The notes under the pieces: model-generated
The model's database searches: none
Told to the model about the DNA's origin: nothing
Seen by the model: only the letters and a program-made list of their open reading frames with translations
Shown: piece after piece, positions 1 to 12,022 of the stretch
Numbering within the stretch: position 1 is the first letter of the stretch
Layout: every line of letters starts with the position of its first letter
Source: Pseudovirgaria hyperparasitica
Taxonomy: Eukaryota
Length of the DNA stretch: 64,000 nt
Strand: one strand, 5' to 3'
Assembly (NCBI GenBank): GCA_010093815.1
Contig: ML996566.1
Translations under genes and position numbers: made by a program

Positions 1-92
1 CGACTGTCGACCGCCGTCATAGTAGCTCTGGCTCGACTGTCGGCCGCCGGGATCGTAGTAGCTCTGACGCGACTGTCGACCGGCGTCGTAGT
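1..92 (-). repeat. Three imperfect ~33-36 nt coding repeats (YYD-x(1-2)-GRQS-x-QS) in the Het-C tail
   Basis: cgactgtcg(a/g)cc.. tagta units start at about 1, 33 and 71 on the + strand. Confidence 0.75.
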
Positions 93-2416
93 AATTGTTG
101 TTGTTGTTATTGTTGTTATTATAGCCCTGCGTAAAGGGCGGGGCTTGGTAGTACATGTCCTGCCCGTAGCTGCTTTGCTCTGGCTGATAAGCCATAGGAG
201 TAGAGTAGGGCTCGTTGGGAGGGCCGTCGTAGGCTGCTGCTGGGTATGGGTTGAATGGGCTGCTGCTGTGGTTGTCAAAGGCGGATGCCGGGCGCGAGCC
301 GAAGCCGTCGTTTAGAGGCTCGAGTTCGCGCGACGAGGCGAAGATGTCGAAGCGTGAGAGTTGCGAGCTTGGGAGCTTGAACGGGAGGGCTGATGAGAGG
401 CCGTTTGCTAGTGTTGAGAAGGGGTCTTGATGGCTGCCGTGCGTTGCTGATGATGATGTTGATGATGAGTGGTTGTGACCTGTGGCTGTGCCGTCGTATC
501 CTTGGTGGTGGCTGCTCTGCGGTGCGTGGGAATGCGATGCGCCAGCACCACTGCCAGTGAGGTGAGGGTTTCCGCCTTGGTGGTTCTTTCCGTCTCTTAC
601 GCTTTGCGACGACAGCACGTCGTTGATGTTGAACGAGTGAGACTTCCTGGCAAACTTCTCCACCACCCGGAACATGTTCCTATGTATCTCAATGTTCTCG
701 TCACGGATGGCCGGATGATGAAACACTCGGGCTACGTCGTCGACGACTTGATCGACGGGTATGTTTGGGTTTTCCCATGCGTACACGACGCGCGGCGCAA
801 CGTATTTGACGATTTGGGCGGCTACTTCGCCCGCTGGTGAGTTGAGGACGTTGGAGAAGTGATCTTTCGACAGCATCGAGTGGGTTGGATCTGTGGAATG
901 AGGGTCATTCCACACCCCGTATTGCTGCTTCGCAGACGCATCAACCACCGTCGACGAGCCCTCCTTCAATGACTTAGAAGCCGCCTTGATCAGGGGCTGG
1001 ATGTAAGGTGCCAGAAGACCAAAGATGAACAAGGTAACCCGCTCAGAGATGTTGTCAATCAGCTTCTCTAGACCAGGAATCTTGGAGATGACTGTGCTGA
1101 TTGCACGAACGACCTTGTCGCGAAACTCGAGAATAGGATAGATTTTAGGAATGATCTGTGCTGGATCCATGTTAGTACCTGGTATGTCTGGGCCCGGAGG
1201 TCCGCCCATAGAGCCGGGAGGCGCTTGGAAGCTCGGAGTCCCCTGACTTTGACTTGGACCGTCTCGGGAGCTCGATGTGCCATCGAAACCTCGGGATCCG
1301 TGATGGCCGTTTGCTGCTGCTTGTTGCTCCGACAATGTCTGTAACTGGAATGCTTCGTCGCAAAGAGTACTGGTACCAGGGATCTTGGACAGGAGGCTAA
1401 CAAGGTCTTGAGCACTAGTATCGCCACCACTGCCCTTCTTTCCTGACGATGATGCATTCCCAAGAGTTGAGTTCATCTCATCGAGCTCGGATTGGGTGAC
1501 GTGATCGGTTGCCTCACCCAAGACTGAGTGAAGGAAATCCACACCACCAAAGGTACCTGTAACAAGGGGAAAAACATATTTGCCACGGAGATTGATCTGT
1601 GTCGCTGATCCGGTGTGTGGAAAGACATTGTCATATCCCAACTCGCGGAGAGCGAGCTCCGTGTAATTAGTATGGGCCCCAAAGTCTTCTAGACAGTGGA
1701 GACCCTGTCCGAGACAGCGGAGTGCTTCACACAAGTCCTCTTCCTTGCCTTTCTGCCGACTGGACGTATACATGCGACCGAAATGAATACTTCGTGCTAA
1801 GCTGAATTTGATATAGCCAACACTGGTGGCCCATCCTCCTTGCTCATTGGCGATATAATTCTTCATGCCTATCATTGCGCATTAGTAAGTAGTTACCGTC
1901 CACCAGGGAATTGAACCCACCAGTATGAGGATCTACAGCTAGCTCTTGCGGACTGACTGGACCTCGTAGTCGCTGATCATATTGTCGAGCGTCAACGTTG
2001 TCGGCGTAGTCCTTTGGGTTATCGATATGCTCCTCTGGTCGGTACACGCCAAGACGTTGCGCCGTGACTTCAAATTCACCGGTCGCATAGCCAAATGACA
2101 TGAAGGCGAGAACCCACACAAGAACTCTGATAGTCTCTGCTTGCACGCCCTTTAATGTCCCAACGTCGACTGCCTGGGAGTAGTCTCTAAGCCAGTTGCC
2201 AAAATAGGTCCGTTTGATCTGCATCGAGGTCCATTTTCGACCTTTCAGAAATGCGATCGTAGCCAACACATCCTCGATGTCGCCATGGCGCCAGTTGTGA
2301 CCTTCGACCTTGGAAAGGCTTGCGATGTTACCGGCACCGAATGCGGCAGCGGGGGCGGGGAGGAGCACGAGGATAGTAATGACGAGAAGCAATAGGTGGG
2401 TATTAGAGAGCGCCAT
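1..2416 (-). CDS. Heterokaryon incompatibility Het-C family protein (3' end runs off the window)
   Basis: ATG at 2416; signal peptide then FGAGNIASLSKVEGHNWRHGDIED and YFGNWLRDYSQAVDVG. Intron 1869-1920 (GTGGGT..CTAAT..TAG) joins HTG|MKNYIANE. The long exon 2 has LGQGLHCLEDFGAHTNY and PTHSMLSKDHF, and ends in an N/Y/Q/S/G-rich tail that is open to base 1. Confidence 0.92.
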
Positions 2417-3274
2417 GGTTGATACAAGTTAGGGAACGTGACCGGAAGAGAAGAGAATGTAAGAAAGAAGTCAGAGAGTGAGATCGATAAGTTGATTTGT
2501 ATGAAATAACTTAGGTTACGCAGTCACATGTGAACAGCTTCCCCGTTTAGCGCATGACGCATTCGTTCCTGCCCTTCAACCACTGTCTACACCTGCGCGC
2601 GGCGAAGTATCAACTATTCTCCACTCTTCTGACATTATGCTTAGTTCCAACACCGACAGCGAGGTTGTGTGTTGTCTATAGGCCCGAAACCATCATTAGT
2701 TTATTCGCTCGGCTCCTGTCTGACCTTGCGTGGGGGAAATGAAAGATGTTCGTATGGCTCGTATTGCTGTGGCTGAGTGTGGCTGTGCTGTGTGGCGTGG
2801 ATATCCCAGGGGCAACAATAACGACAGTAACGACGACGACAATGATCCCAGGCATAGACACAGACACACTCCGCCGCAAGTACTGTAGTGTATCACATAA
2901 TTCATGTCATGCCCGCAAGTTCTGGTGAGACACAAGATGCGTTCGAGATCAGGCTGTTCAGACATACATCAATATAGAGGAGGTAGTAGGTTAAGAATAT
3001 GAGCGAGCTTTAGTCTCCATATTGCCCTGGCGATCAACAAGGTTTCTCGAGCCGCTGGCCACTCTCGATACTCAACAATGTCTCCTGTTGCGGTATGGCT
3101 GGCAGCATTCAGACATGCATACTCTGCAGAGTGACGCTACTACCGAAGCGCAAGGATGCTGCTATAGTGCTAGATCACTATACTAAGAACATAGACAGAG
3201 TAGATCTATCCATTTGAGAAGGGCTACCATCACTCCCCGATTCAAGACCGCCATCACTATATCTGCCATTCCAA

Positions 3275-5713
3275 ATGCGCCCTGGTCTCTATGACTACCT
3301 ACGCTGCCTCCGAGTCGTAGTGCGGGGAACGCGCCAGTCATGTAGCTACAGCTCCAGCTCCAGCTTCAGGCTCCCTCCCTCCAGGACCCCTCTCCTCCAT
3401 TCACTCTCCTTCCACAGCCCTACATCTCGACTCTTCTCCAGCCAGCCGCATAGATTCCACTTCCTCTCCACCATGGACAAAGATACCATCAAGCAATATC
3501 TGGCTGACAGCCCGCCTTCGGTCGTGCCACTCAGCATCAAACCTCATTTCGAGGCTCTAAGCGACGAAGAGAAGCTTTACGCTCACTATATCTCTGTGTA
3601 TGCTGCTGAGCTCAGAGCTTTGATGGATCTATCTAACGTCAGTCTAGAGCCTGTTATGCCGGCTCTCGCATCGTTCTACGCCAAGTCTCGCCCGAATCCG
3701 AACACATTTACGATCTCATCGTTGGCCTGTATCAGCATGGCAAGGGAGATTGGAAGGCCCTACAGAAAGAAGCTGGTCTCTCGGATGAAGAGCTAACCGA
3801 GTTTCTCAACTACGCTGCTCAGTTCCTCGGTAACCTGGGCAATTACAAGTCCTTTGGTGACTCAAAGTTTATCCCAAGGTCATCTCGATCGAACTCTGCC
3901 AGCTATATCTCGTGCCTGACCTGAACTACAGGTTACCCTCGCGCCAGACAAAAGCACTTGCAACGCTGTCCCCAAAAACCCTAGAATCGTACGAAAAGGC
4001 AAAAGATGGAATATACGAGACCAAGTCCGTTGGACTGATGCACCTTGGCTATCCCGATGCCGGCCACCTTTCCACATACTATCCCCAATCGCCCGATATC
4101 ACGAAAGAGGAGATTACGAAAGTCAGTGACTTTATGGAGAGCAAAAAGCTCCTGCCCGAAAACACGCGTATCCGGAAGACTTCCGAAGGCTTCGAGGTTC
4201 TGATAGCCTCTGCTGAGACCGATCCCTCGGAGAGAGATATCCCTGAATCGGAATGGACTCTAGACGGAAAGAAAGTCAAGCTCGTCTTTGGAGACTACTC
4301 TATTGAGATGAAGAAGATAGCCGATGCCCTTGAGAAGGCAGGCCAGTACGCTTCGAACGACACCGAGAAAGCAATGCACAAGGAGTATGTGAAATCATAC
4401 AAAACTGGATCTCTCGAGGCATACAAAGAGAGCCAGAGGCAGTGGATCAAAGACAAAGGACCAATGGTGGAGACGGATATCGGATTTGTCGAGACTTACA
4501 GAGACCCCCACGGTATTCGTGGCGAATGGGAGGGCTTTGTTGCTATGGTCAATAAAGAGCGAACCGAAGCCTTTGGCAAGCTGGTCTCAGCTGCACCCGA
4601 TCTCATACCAAGACTACCTTGGAGCGCGGATTTTGAAAAGGACAAGTTCTTGAGCCCAGACTTTACCTCTCTCGAGGTACTTACCTTTGCCGGATCAGGC
4701 ATTCCTGCTGGCATCAACATTCCCAATTACGACGACATTCGCCAGAACATCGGCTTCAAAAATGTCAGTCTAGGTAACGTCCTTGGCGCAAAGGCCCCCA
4801 ACGAAAAAGTACCATTCATCAAGGAGAGTGATCTGGCGGTTTATCAGAAGTACCGTGACGCAGCATTCGAGGTTCAGGTGGGCTTACACGAACTACTTGG
4901 ACACGGTTGTGGCAAGCTCCTGCAAGAAACAAAGCCTGGAGAGTTCAACTTTGATAGGAAGCTGAAGAATCCGCTCGACGGCCAGGAGATCAAGACCTGG
5001 TACGGTCCTGGCCAGACCTGGGGCAGTGTGTTCGGTCCGATCGCGGCAAGTTATGAAGAGTGTCGAGCGGAGTGCGTCGCCATGGCCCTGACCTGCGACT
5101 TCGACATCCTTGAGATCTTTGGCTTAGGCAATGGAAAGGATGACATCGATGGTCCAGCAGGTGACGTGCTCTATGCCAGCTATCTGAGCATGGCTCGCGC
5201 TGGTATCGCTGCTCTCGAATTCTGGGATCCAAAAAGCCGCAAATGGGGCCAAGCGCACATGCAAGCACGCTTCTCTATCCTCCGGACTTTCCTCAACGCC
5301 GGAGTTGAATTTTGTGAGCTCGAATACACCAAAGATGACCTCTCTGATCTCACCATTCGACTTGAGCGATCCAAGATTCTCAGTTTGGGACGTCCAGCTG
5401 TGGAGGAGTATCTGAAGAAGCTGCAGATTTACAAGGCTACTGCGGATGTCAAGCATGGCACCCGTATGTATAACGAGATCACAGACGTGGAGCCCTTCTA
5501 CGAGACCAAAGTCCGGCCAGCCGTTTTGGCGGCGAAACAGCCCAGGAAAGTGTTTGTGCAAGCTAGCACTTTCATTGAGGGCAACAAGGCCGTCTTGAAG
5601 GAGTACGATCCGACTCCAGAGGGAATGTGAGTATAGTTCTGTTTCAGTCGAGTATCATTCACACTGACATATATCTCAGGATCCAAAGTTTCGCAGAGCG
5701 AAGCTACATCTAG
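3275..5713 (+). CDS. DPP3: Dipeptidyl peptidase III (M49 metallopeptidase)
   Basis: HELLGH and EECRAE zinc motifs; ETDIGFVETYRDPHG. Introns 3598-3647, 3879-3931 and 5627-5679; last exon MIQSFAERSYI* ends at 5713. In-frame ATGs at 3275 and 3473. Confidence 0.95.
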
Positions 5714-5878
5714 TTGTACTCCCTTGTACAGAGCATTGGCTGGCGCTAAGGGGCATTTGTGTATATAGAGTTGGCGGGGTCGCAGCCGACGGCGTACGGG
5801 TCCTGTTGACACTATAAAGCAATCAGGATAGATCAAATCATCTACATGATCTAAAAATTGTTCAATTGCCCCTGTTCT

Positions 5879-6535
5879 CTAATCCATAGCCAGGATCTTC
5901 CTGATATCCTCTGGGACATCAATCACTTCCTCCTTCGGCACCAAGCCCTTCTCAACCAACGCCTCAATCGTCACATTTCCTTCATCGATAACCCTCTTCA
6001 ACTCCCTAGCCCTATCCGTAACATCCTCAATCTCCAGAATCCCTTCTTCCGCCCACGTCCCACTCATCCCCCTCGGCACCCCTATCTGCACACTCCTCCA
6101 CCCCAGCCTCCGCAGCCACACATCCCGCTCCGGATCCCACTGCACCACCACCACTCCCCCCTTTTTGCCACCTTCAACCTCGCTTCCAGCCTCACCCTTA
6201 TCCACAGCCCCAGCAGCACTATGCGTGCTCAGCCGCGCCGTCCGCAGCATCCCCCACAGATACTCCCGCTGCATCGTCAGCGCGAGAATGCGCTCCTGGC
6301 CCGGGTCCTTGTACGAGTAGCCGGCGCGGTACAGCATCCAGGCCCAGGACGGCTTGATCCATGTCATGCGCGAGAGGGAGAAGGAGGGCGAGGCGGAGAG
6401 GCGCTGGGCTTGGACGGCGGGGGTGGCGATGGTGGAGGGGTAGGCTTGGTAGAGGGTTATGGTTGTGTTGGAGGGTGTGTGGGCGCGGATTTGGCGCTGG
6501 GGTGGGGATTGTTGGGGGGGGTTTTGGGGGGGCAT
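5879..6535 (-). CDS. DUF4291 family protein
   Basis: RQIRA..TITLYQAY..IA, RMTWIKPSWAWMLYRAGYSYKDPGQERILA and VQWDPER motifs; intronless, 218 aa. Confidence 0.88.
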   Translation of the reverse strand: MPPQNPPQQSPPQRQIRAHTPSNTTITLYQAYPSTIATPAVQAQRLSASPSFSLSRMTWIKPSWAWMLYRAGYSYKDPGQERILALTMQREYLWGMLRTARLSTHSAAGAVDKGEAGSEVEGGKKGGVVVVQWDPERDVWLRRLGWRSVQIGVPRGMSGTWAEEGILEIEDVTDRARELKRVIDEGNVTIEALVEKGLVPKEEVIDVPEDIRKILAMD

Positions 6536-7053
6536 GTTTTTGTTATGGGTTTTGAGGTGGATTGGTGGTGTTTTTTGGGATGTGTGGTGTTGCTGTGATT
6601 TGATGGGTTTGTTTTGTTTTGTGTGGGGATTTGGGTGGGTTTGATGGGTTGTGCTGCTTTTCGTGAGCTATGCTGGTGTTTTGGTTTCTTGTTTATTTCT
6701 TGTCGTGTGCATTGTTGTTGTTTGTTTGGTATGATGGGAGAAGGAGTGTGGGTATATATATGCTGTTGGCGTAAAGCGATGAGTGGCACCAAGACGGAGT
6801 AATAGTACCAGATATCGATGCACAAGTTTGGGACACCGCAACTGCGGACACTCTTGCCAGCTGGAATACGAGGTTAGTGCTGGCTAGGGGGACTGACACG
6901 GTGATAGTTGAAGCGCAAGTAGCCATCGTGATCGACATTAGTAGCTGTGACTCAAGCTGGCTGTGGCTGTGCCGAGCCGTAGCGCCACCAGTCAAACATT
7001 ATTTCCTAAGGAGTAATATTCTTCGTTGAAAATTTACACTTGCGGCAAGACTA

Positions 7054-8013
7054 TTATTTCTCCAAACCTTTACCCTTCACAAATCGGTTGATTTGCTCTC
7101 TGCAGACCTTTTCGTTGTACTGATCCCAGACCTCGTACAGACTGATGAGTTCCTGGGTGCAGTCGACGATGGCTTCGATATCTGCAGAGCTTTCCGCCAG
7201 CCAAGTGATCAGCTTCTGGATCCTGATCTGGATGTTCGCTCCACCAGGCCCGTTTGCTCCGGGTGCTGCCTTAGGGTTGCTCAATGCCTGCAATGCATTG
7301 GCGACATTCGCAGCATGAACTTGGTGCGTGCTTTGTTGGGGCCTCAGAACGACAGCGAGAACCATTGCTGTGATTGCTATCAGATGGGGAGCATGTAAGA
7401 GAGGAAGATCCGTGAGATAATGGTCGTTGATGATGTTCCAGGCAAGATTGTTCTCCTCTTGGCTGAGGGGAAAACTAGACTGAAGCTCGGTCATGCTTCG
7501 GTAAGGATGGTGGATGATGAGTTGCGAATTCATCTCTGCGATGAGGGCAAACTCGCATTCACCGATCCTAGAGGGCTCCTTGGGTCCAAAATCTGGCCAG
7601 TTGTGATTGGCTTCAGCTGAGAGCAGACGGATATGCTGGGGGCATTCTTCCATCTTGCAGGCGAGGTACAGGGCTGTCGCTACGACAAGGAGCGGATTGG
7701 TCCGGCGGATTTCGACTTTCGTGTAGAAGCGTCTGATATAGATTTGAGCTGTAGCTAAAGCTTGTTGTCGGACAGAGAGAGGCTTTCCCAGCTTCTGCAA
7801 CTCTGTTTCAAGTTAGTATCTGCGGACACGGGACGAAAGGAGATGGCCCTGACGTTGAGCAAAGTATTGGCTCAGTAGACGGCGATCTGGTAACGGATAC
7901 TGGGAGACCAGTACTCGCTCCGAGTCCTCTAGTTTCTTACGGATATCCGCAAGCTCTGGTTTCGTGTATGTCCAGTTTCGCCTCTGGGTTGAGTCCCAGT
8001 AACTGGATGCCAT
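7054..8013 (-). CDS. SSN8: Cyclin C, Mediator kinase module
   Basis: [48 protein letters not shown]. Intron 7803-7853. Confidence 0.95.
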
Positions 8014-8615
8014 GATGTGAACCTGATACTCAGAGTATACGTAAATCTGCCATGCTCAAGACTGTACACTGGGATGAAGTTGCTTTCAAATGGTCTCACG
8101 CATCCTAGCCTTTCTAGGCAGATGGTTGGAGTTCGCCAGTCTCAAAAGTAGCCTTGATCACGAACGTCGCACGGCTGCAAGAGCAGCATAGGACGAATGT
8201 TTTGTTTAGCAAGTCCTAGAGGACTATCAAGACTTTGGTCAAATTCAGAGCGAATATGTGTTCTAGGTCGAGTGTTTGGGGGAGAAGGTCAAGGCAAGGT
8301 GTCTTCCGAACCATTCATAGATTGGGCATCTGGTGCATCCATAGCTACGCTAACCCGCTCTGAGTCTAGATGGTCACCGAGCCTCACCAGCTGCCGACAG
8401 CGTCACAGCAAAACAACTCAGTAGCTGGCTGCCAGGGAGCCCCACGGCTACTTTGTTTCACTTCCATCCATTCCTATGATACCAGCGTAGATAATTCCTT
8501 TGGGTGTACGCACAGGTCCGCGCCTTTGACGACGAGTTCCCCCGCAATCGACCACGCACAGCATGAACGAGGGCAGATAACGGCATCTGAGCGGCTGCGA
8601 CATCCGGTCACGATC

Positions 8616-10791
8616 ATGGACGGTGAAACCCCCAACGCCCAAGCTATGCGGCTTGAGGAGCTATGGACAACGCTGGACGCGAAGAAAACTGGTCACCTGG
8701 ACCTCGCGGGATTAAAAAGAGGCCTGAAGAAAATGGACCATCGTGAGCAAAGCGATCACAACTACCGTCCCGAATACTCATACCCGAGATCCAGCCCTAA
8801 AGCATGCAGACTCCCTTGTAGAAGATGTCATGCAATCTGTAGATACCAACAAGGACGGCCGCATCACATTTGCTGGTCAGTATTACACCTTGACTGTCGG
8901 CATTGTTCAGGACCGCTTCGCTAACAGTGGCTGTAGAGTTTCAGACCTTCGTGAAGCAAACCGAACGCGAGCTTTATTACCTTTTCAAGAGGATAGACCA
9001 TAACGAGGACGGCAAGCTTGATAAGGCGGAGCTCAAACAAGCTTTTCAAACAGCAGGTCTAGCTGTGCCAGACTCCAAGTTTGAGCGTTTCTTTGAGCAA
9101 GTCGATTCTAATCAAGACGGTGTGATAACGTTCGACGAATGGCGGTATGTTCACTTCAATAAAAGTGAACAGAGAGATCTCGGCTGACGTGATTACCCCC
9201 AGGGATTTCCTTCTTTTTATTCCCTCTGGTGAAACCGATCTTCGAGCTGTACTATCCTATTTCACTTCCACCTTTCGAATGAACCCAGAGGGAGATGCGC
9301 AGATAAGTGACGATATTATCGATGGGCTAGGTATACAACAACAATTTCTTAACATTTTGTTCGGCGAAATTGTCAGGATAGCAAAGCCCCCAAAGCCGCG
9401 TCCGCCCGCTTCTGTCCAAAACAATTCGTCCATTACACTCACCGCACCGCACCTGGACATGTCTTCAGAAGAGGCAACACTCACCCTCCCTCCGAAAGTA
9501 GACACCGTCGAGTTTTCGCCAGATGTCTCAGAACCCGAGACCGACTCTGCAGTCTTGCAACTTGAACAGACAAAGCCGGTGCTGATTCTTATTCCTTATT
9601 CAGGCTACTTCGTGGCGGGAGGTATCTCCGGTATCGTCTCTCGTACTGCTACCGCCCCCCTCGATCGTCTCAAAGTCTACCTCATCGCCCAAACATCGGT
9701 CACATCAGAAGCTGTCCAAGCAGCAAAATCGGGCAATCCCTTTGCTGCAATAGGCAGAGCATGGCGGCCCATTGCGAACGCGATGAAAGATCTTTGGCAG
9801 GCAGGTGGAATCAGGAGTCTCTATGCAGGTCTGTGTACCCCCAGACAGCTTTTCGCGATGGCTAATCCGTGAAGGAAACGGCTTGAATGTGGTGAAAGTA
9901 ATGCCAGAATCTGCAATCAAATTCGGCTCATATGAGGTCCGCTTCCTGGCTATATTTGGTAGACCTTCACCGTTAACGACATGTAGGCCACGAAACGATT
10001 CTTTGCTACTCTTGAGGGCATTGAAGACCCGAACAACATCCATTCGTATGCGAAGTTCATGGCAGGCGGTGTTGCTGGCATGGTGTCACAGTATGTCTAG
10101 ACATTTACGTTCATCATTGAATTGAGGGACTAATATTGTAAAGGTTCGCCGTGTATCCAATGGACACATTGAAATTGTAAGACTCACTCGTGTCGATTCC
10201 GAATGCTCACTGACTTCGGCAGCCGTATGCAATGTGAAACTGTTAAAGGTGGACTGCACGGCAATCAGCTAATAATCACAACTGCGAAAAAGATGTGGGC
10301 TAAGAACGGTGTGGTGGCCTTCTATCGCGGCCTACCCATGGGATTGGTGGGCATATTCCCTTATGCTGCAATTGACCTTGGAACATTTGAGTACCTCAAA
10401 CGTGCTCTCGCCAGAAGAAAGGCAAAGAAACTCGGATGCCACGAAGAACAAGCACAGCCCAGCAGCTTTGCCACGGCTTGCATTGGAGGTTTCAGCGGTG
10501 CTTTCGGTGCTAGTATGGTCTATCCTCTGAACCTACTTCGCACCCGTCTCCAGAGCCAAGGAACAGTTCTTCACCCTAGAACATACACTGGAATTATGGA
10601 TGTTACACGGCAAACTATCAAAGGTGAAGGGTACAGAGGTCTGTTCAAAGGACTGACACCGAATCTGTTCAAGGTTGTCCCTGCTGTTTCCATTGTAAGT
10701 GCTCCGCCTTTCTGCTTCCGCATCAGGTGCTAATCTCGAGCAGACCTATGTTGTGTACGAGCAGTCTAAGTTAGCCATGGGCCTACCATAA
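8616..10791 (+). CDS. SAL1: Ca2+-binding mitochondrial ATP-Mg/Pi carrier (EF hands + carrier repeats)
   Basis: EF-hand loops DTNKDGRI, DHNEDGKL and DSNQDGVI; carrier signatures TAPLDRLKVYLIAQ, YPMDTLK and YPLNLLRTRLQ. Multiple short introns; stop TAA at 10789-10791. Confidence 0.93.
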
Positions 10792-11500
10792 AGCCGCTTT
10801 TGTGCCATCACGGACGCGTCCGCGTCTGCTTTGCATATACACGAGACCACCTTCACTGGGTCGTTTCGTTGGGTCCGTTACTTGCACGCTATAGACACAG
10901 CACGAATCGAGCCTCTCATGACATGTCTTTCAAAAATTCCACAGTACCCCATCTCGAATAGATACCCGCCCGCATTAGCTGCATAGTCAAAGAAATACTC
11001 CATCTACATGAATCTGTTCACGAGAAAGAGTGCGTACCTGTCTTGTTGACTGAGAATGAAAAAAAATTGTCTCCAGTGTTGCACAATAGTCGAAGCCTAG
11101 GTCTAAGCAGTATCACGACTTGCAGGACTTCGTGGCAAGTTCGATGCTAGTGACAAAATAATGATATTACTATGCCATGGTGCTCCATCACTGACATGGT
11201 ATGACGGTGAAGAGCTTGTCTGCCATGTTGTGAAGGGTAACAAGCCTGTGCCTAGTCGAGAGTAGATTGTGCATATGTCAGTGCTTATGAATGCGATGCT
11301 GATGTACCAAATGAGGAGCATAGTGGTTGCACAGTGGATTCCGAGTGTTTCGTGCACACGCCGCACGGTGCGTCCATGTTCATCGAATCCATGTTTCGAT
11401 GTTGATGCGGTCACGTGCCGGAGCAGAATTTTCGATCCGCGGAAGGCCGCAAGTCGCCTAGCGCAAGGTAAGCGAGGGTGCGCGGGCCAGCTCTATTTTC

Positions 11501-11508
11501 TATAAGAA
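11501..11508 (+). promoter_or_regulatory. TATA box of the U3 gene
   Basis: TATAAGAA about 45 nt upstream of the U3 5' end, followed by a pyrimidine tract. Confidence 0.6.
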
Positions 11509-11545
11509 CGACAGCCTCCCACCCTCTTCTCTCTTTTTTTCTTCA

Positions 11546-11875
11546 GTCGACTTTGTAAGTTCTCCCCGCCTACCTACACTTTCTACCTCTGCTTCTATGG
11601 CATGGAAAGGTTTATTCATTAGCATGTACTAACATCATCTCTCCTGCAGACTTCATAGAATCATCTCTATAGTAAACGACCCTCTGTTAACCACAGAAAA
11701 AAGCTTCAGTGCTGAACCTGGGTGATGATGTATAACCCCGACGCCCTAGAGTGACTGCCGCTATGGTGCGCGCACTGTACTTGCTACAGATACGCGTGGC
11801 GATGATCTCGACCCTGGTCTTTGGTACGCTCGTCGTGTCTGGGCTGGGGTGGGTGTTGGTGGTCGTCTGACAGGA
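11546..11875 (+). ncRNA. U3: U3 box C/D snoRNA with a spliceosomal intron (11555-11649)
   Basis: Spliced 5' end GTCGACTTT|ACTTCATAGAATCATCTCTATAG matches the U3 GAC box/box A. Box C' TGATGA ~11723, box B AGAGTGA ~11748, box C GATGATCT ~11801, box D GTCTGA ~11865. Intron is GTAAGT..TACTAAC(11627-11633)..CAG. Confidence 0.92.
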
Positions 11876-12022
11876 CACTTGCAACTGGGTTTTTTTATAT
11901 AGTGGTTATAGAGTAATAAAATATTTTCATTCAATCCTGATCCTCTCACCTGTGCAAATGTGTATATCGTGTGTATAGTGTTGTTCAATTATTAGCTGAT
12001 ATACGATTCACAACCGCAAGAC

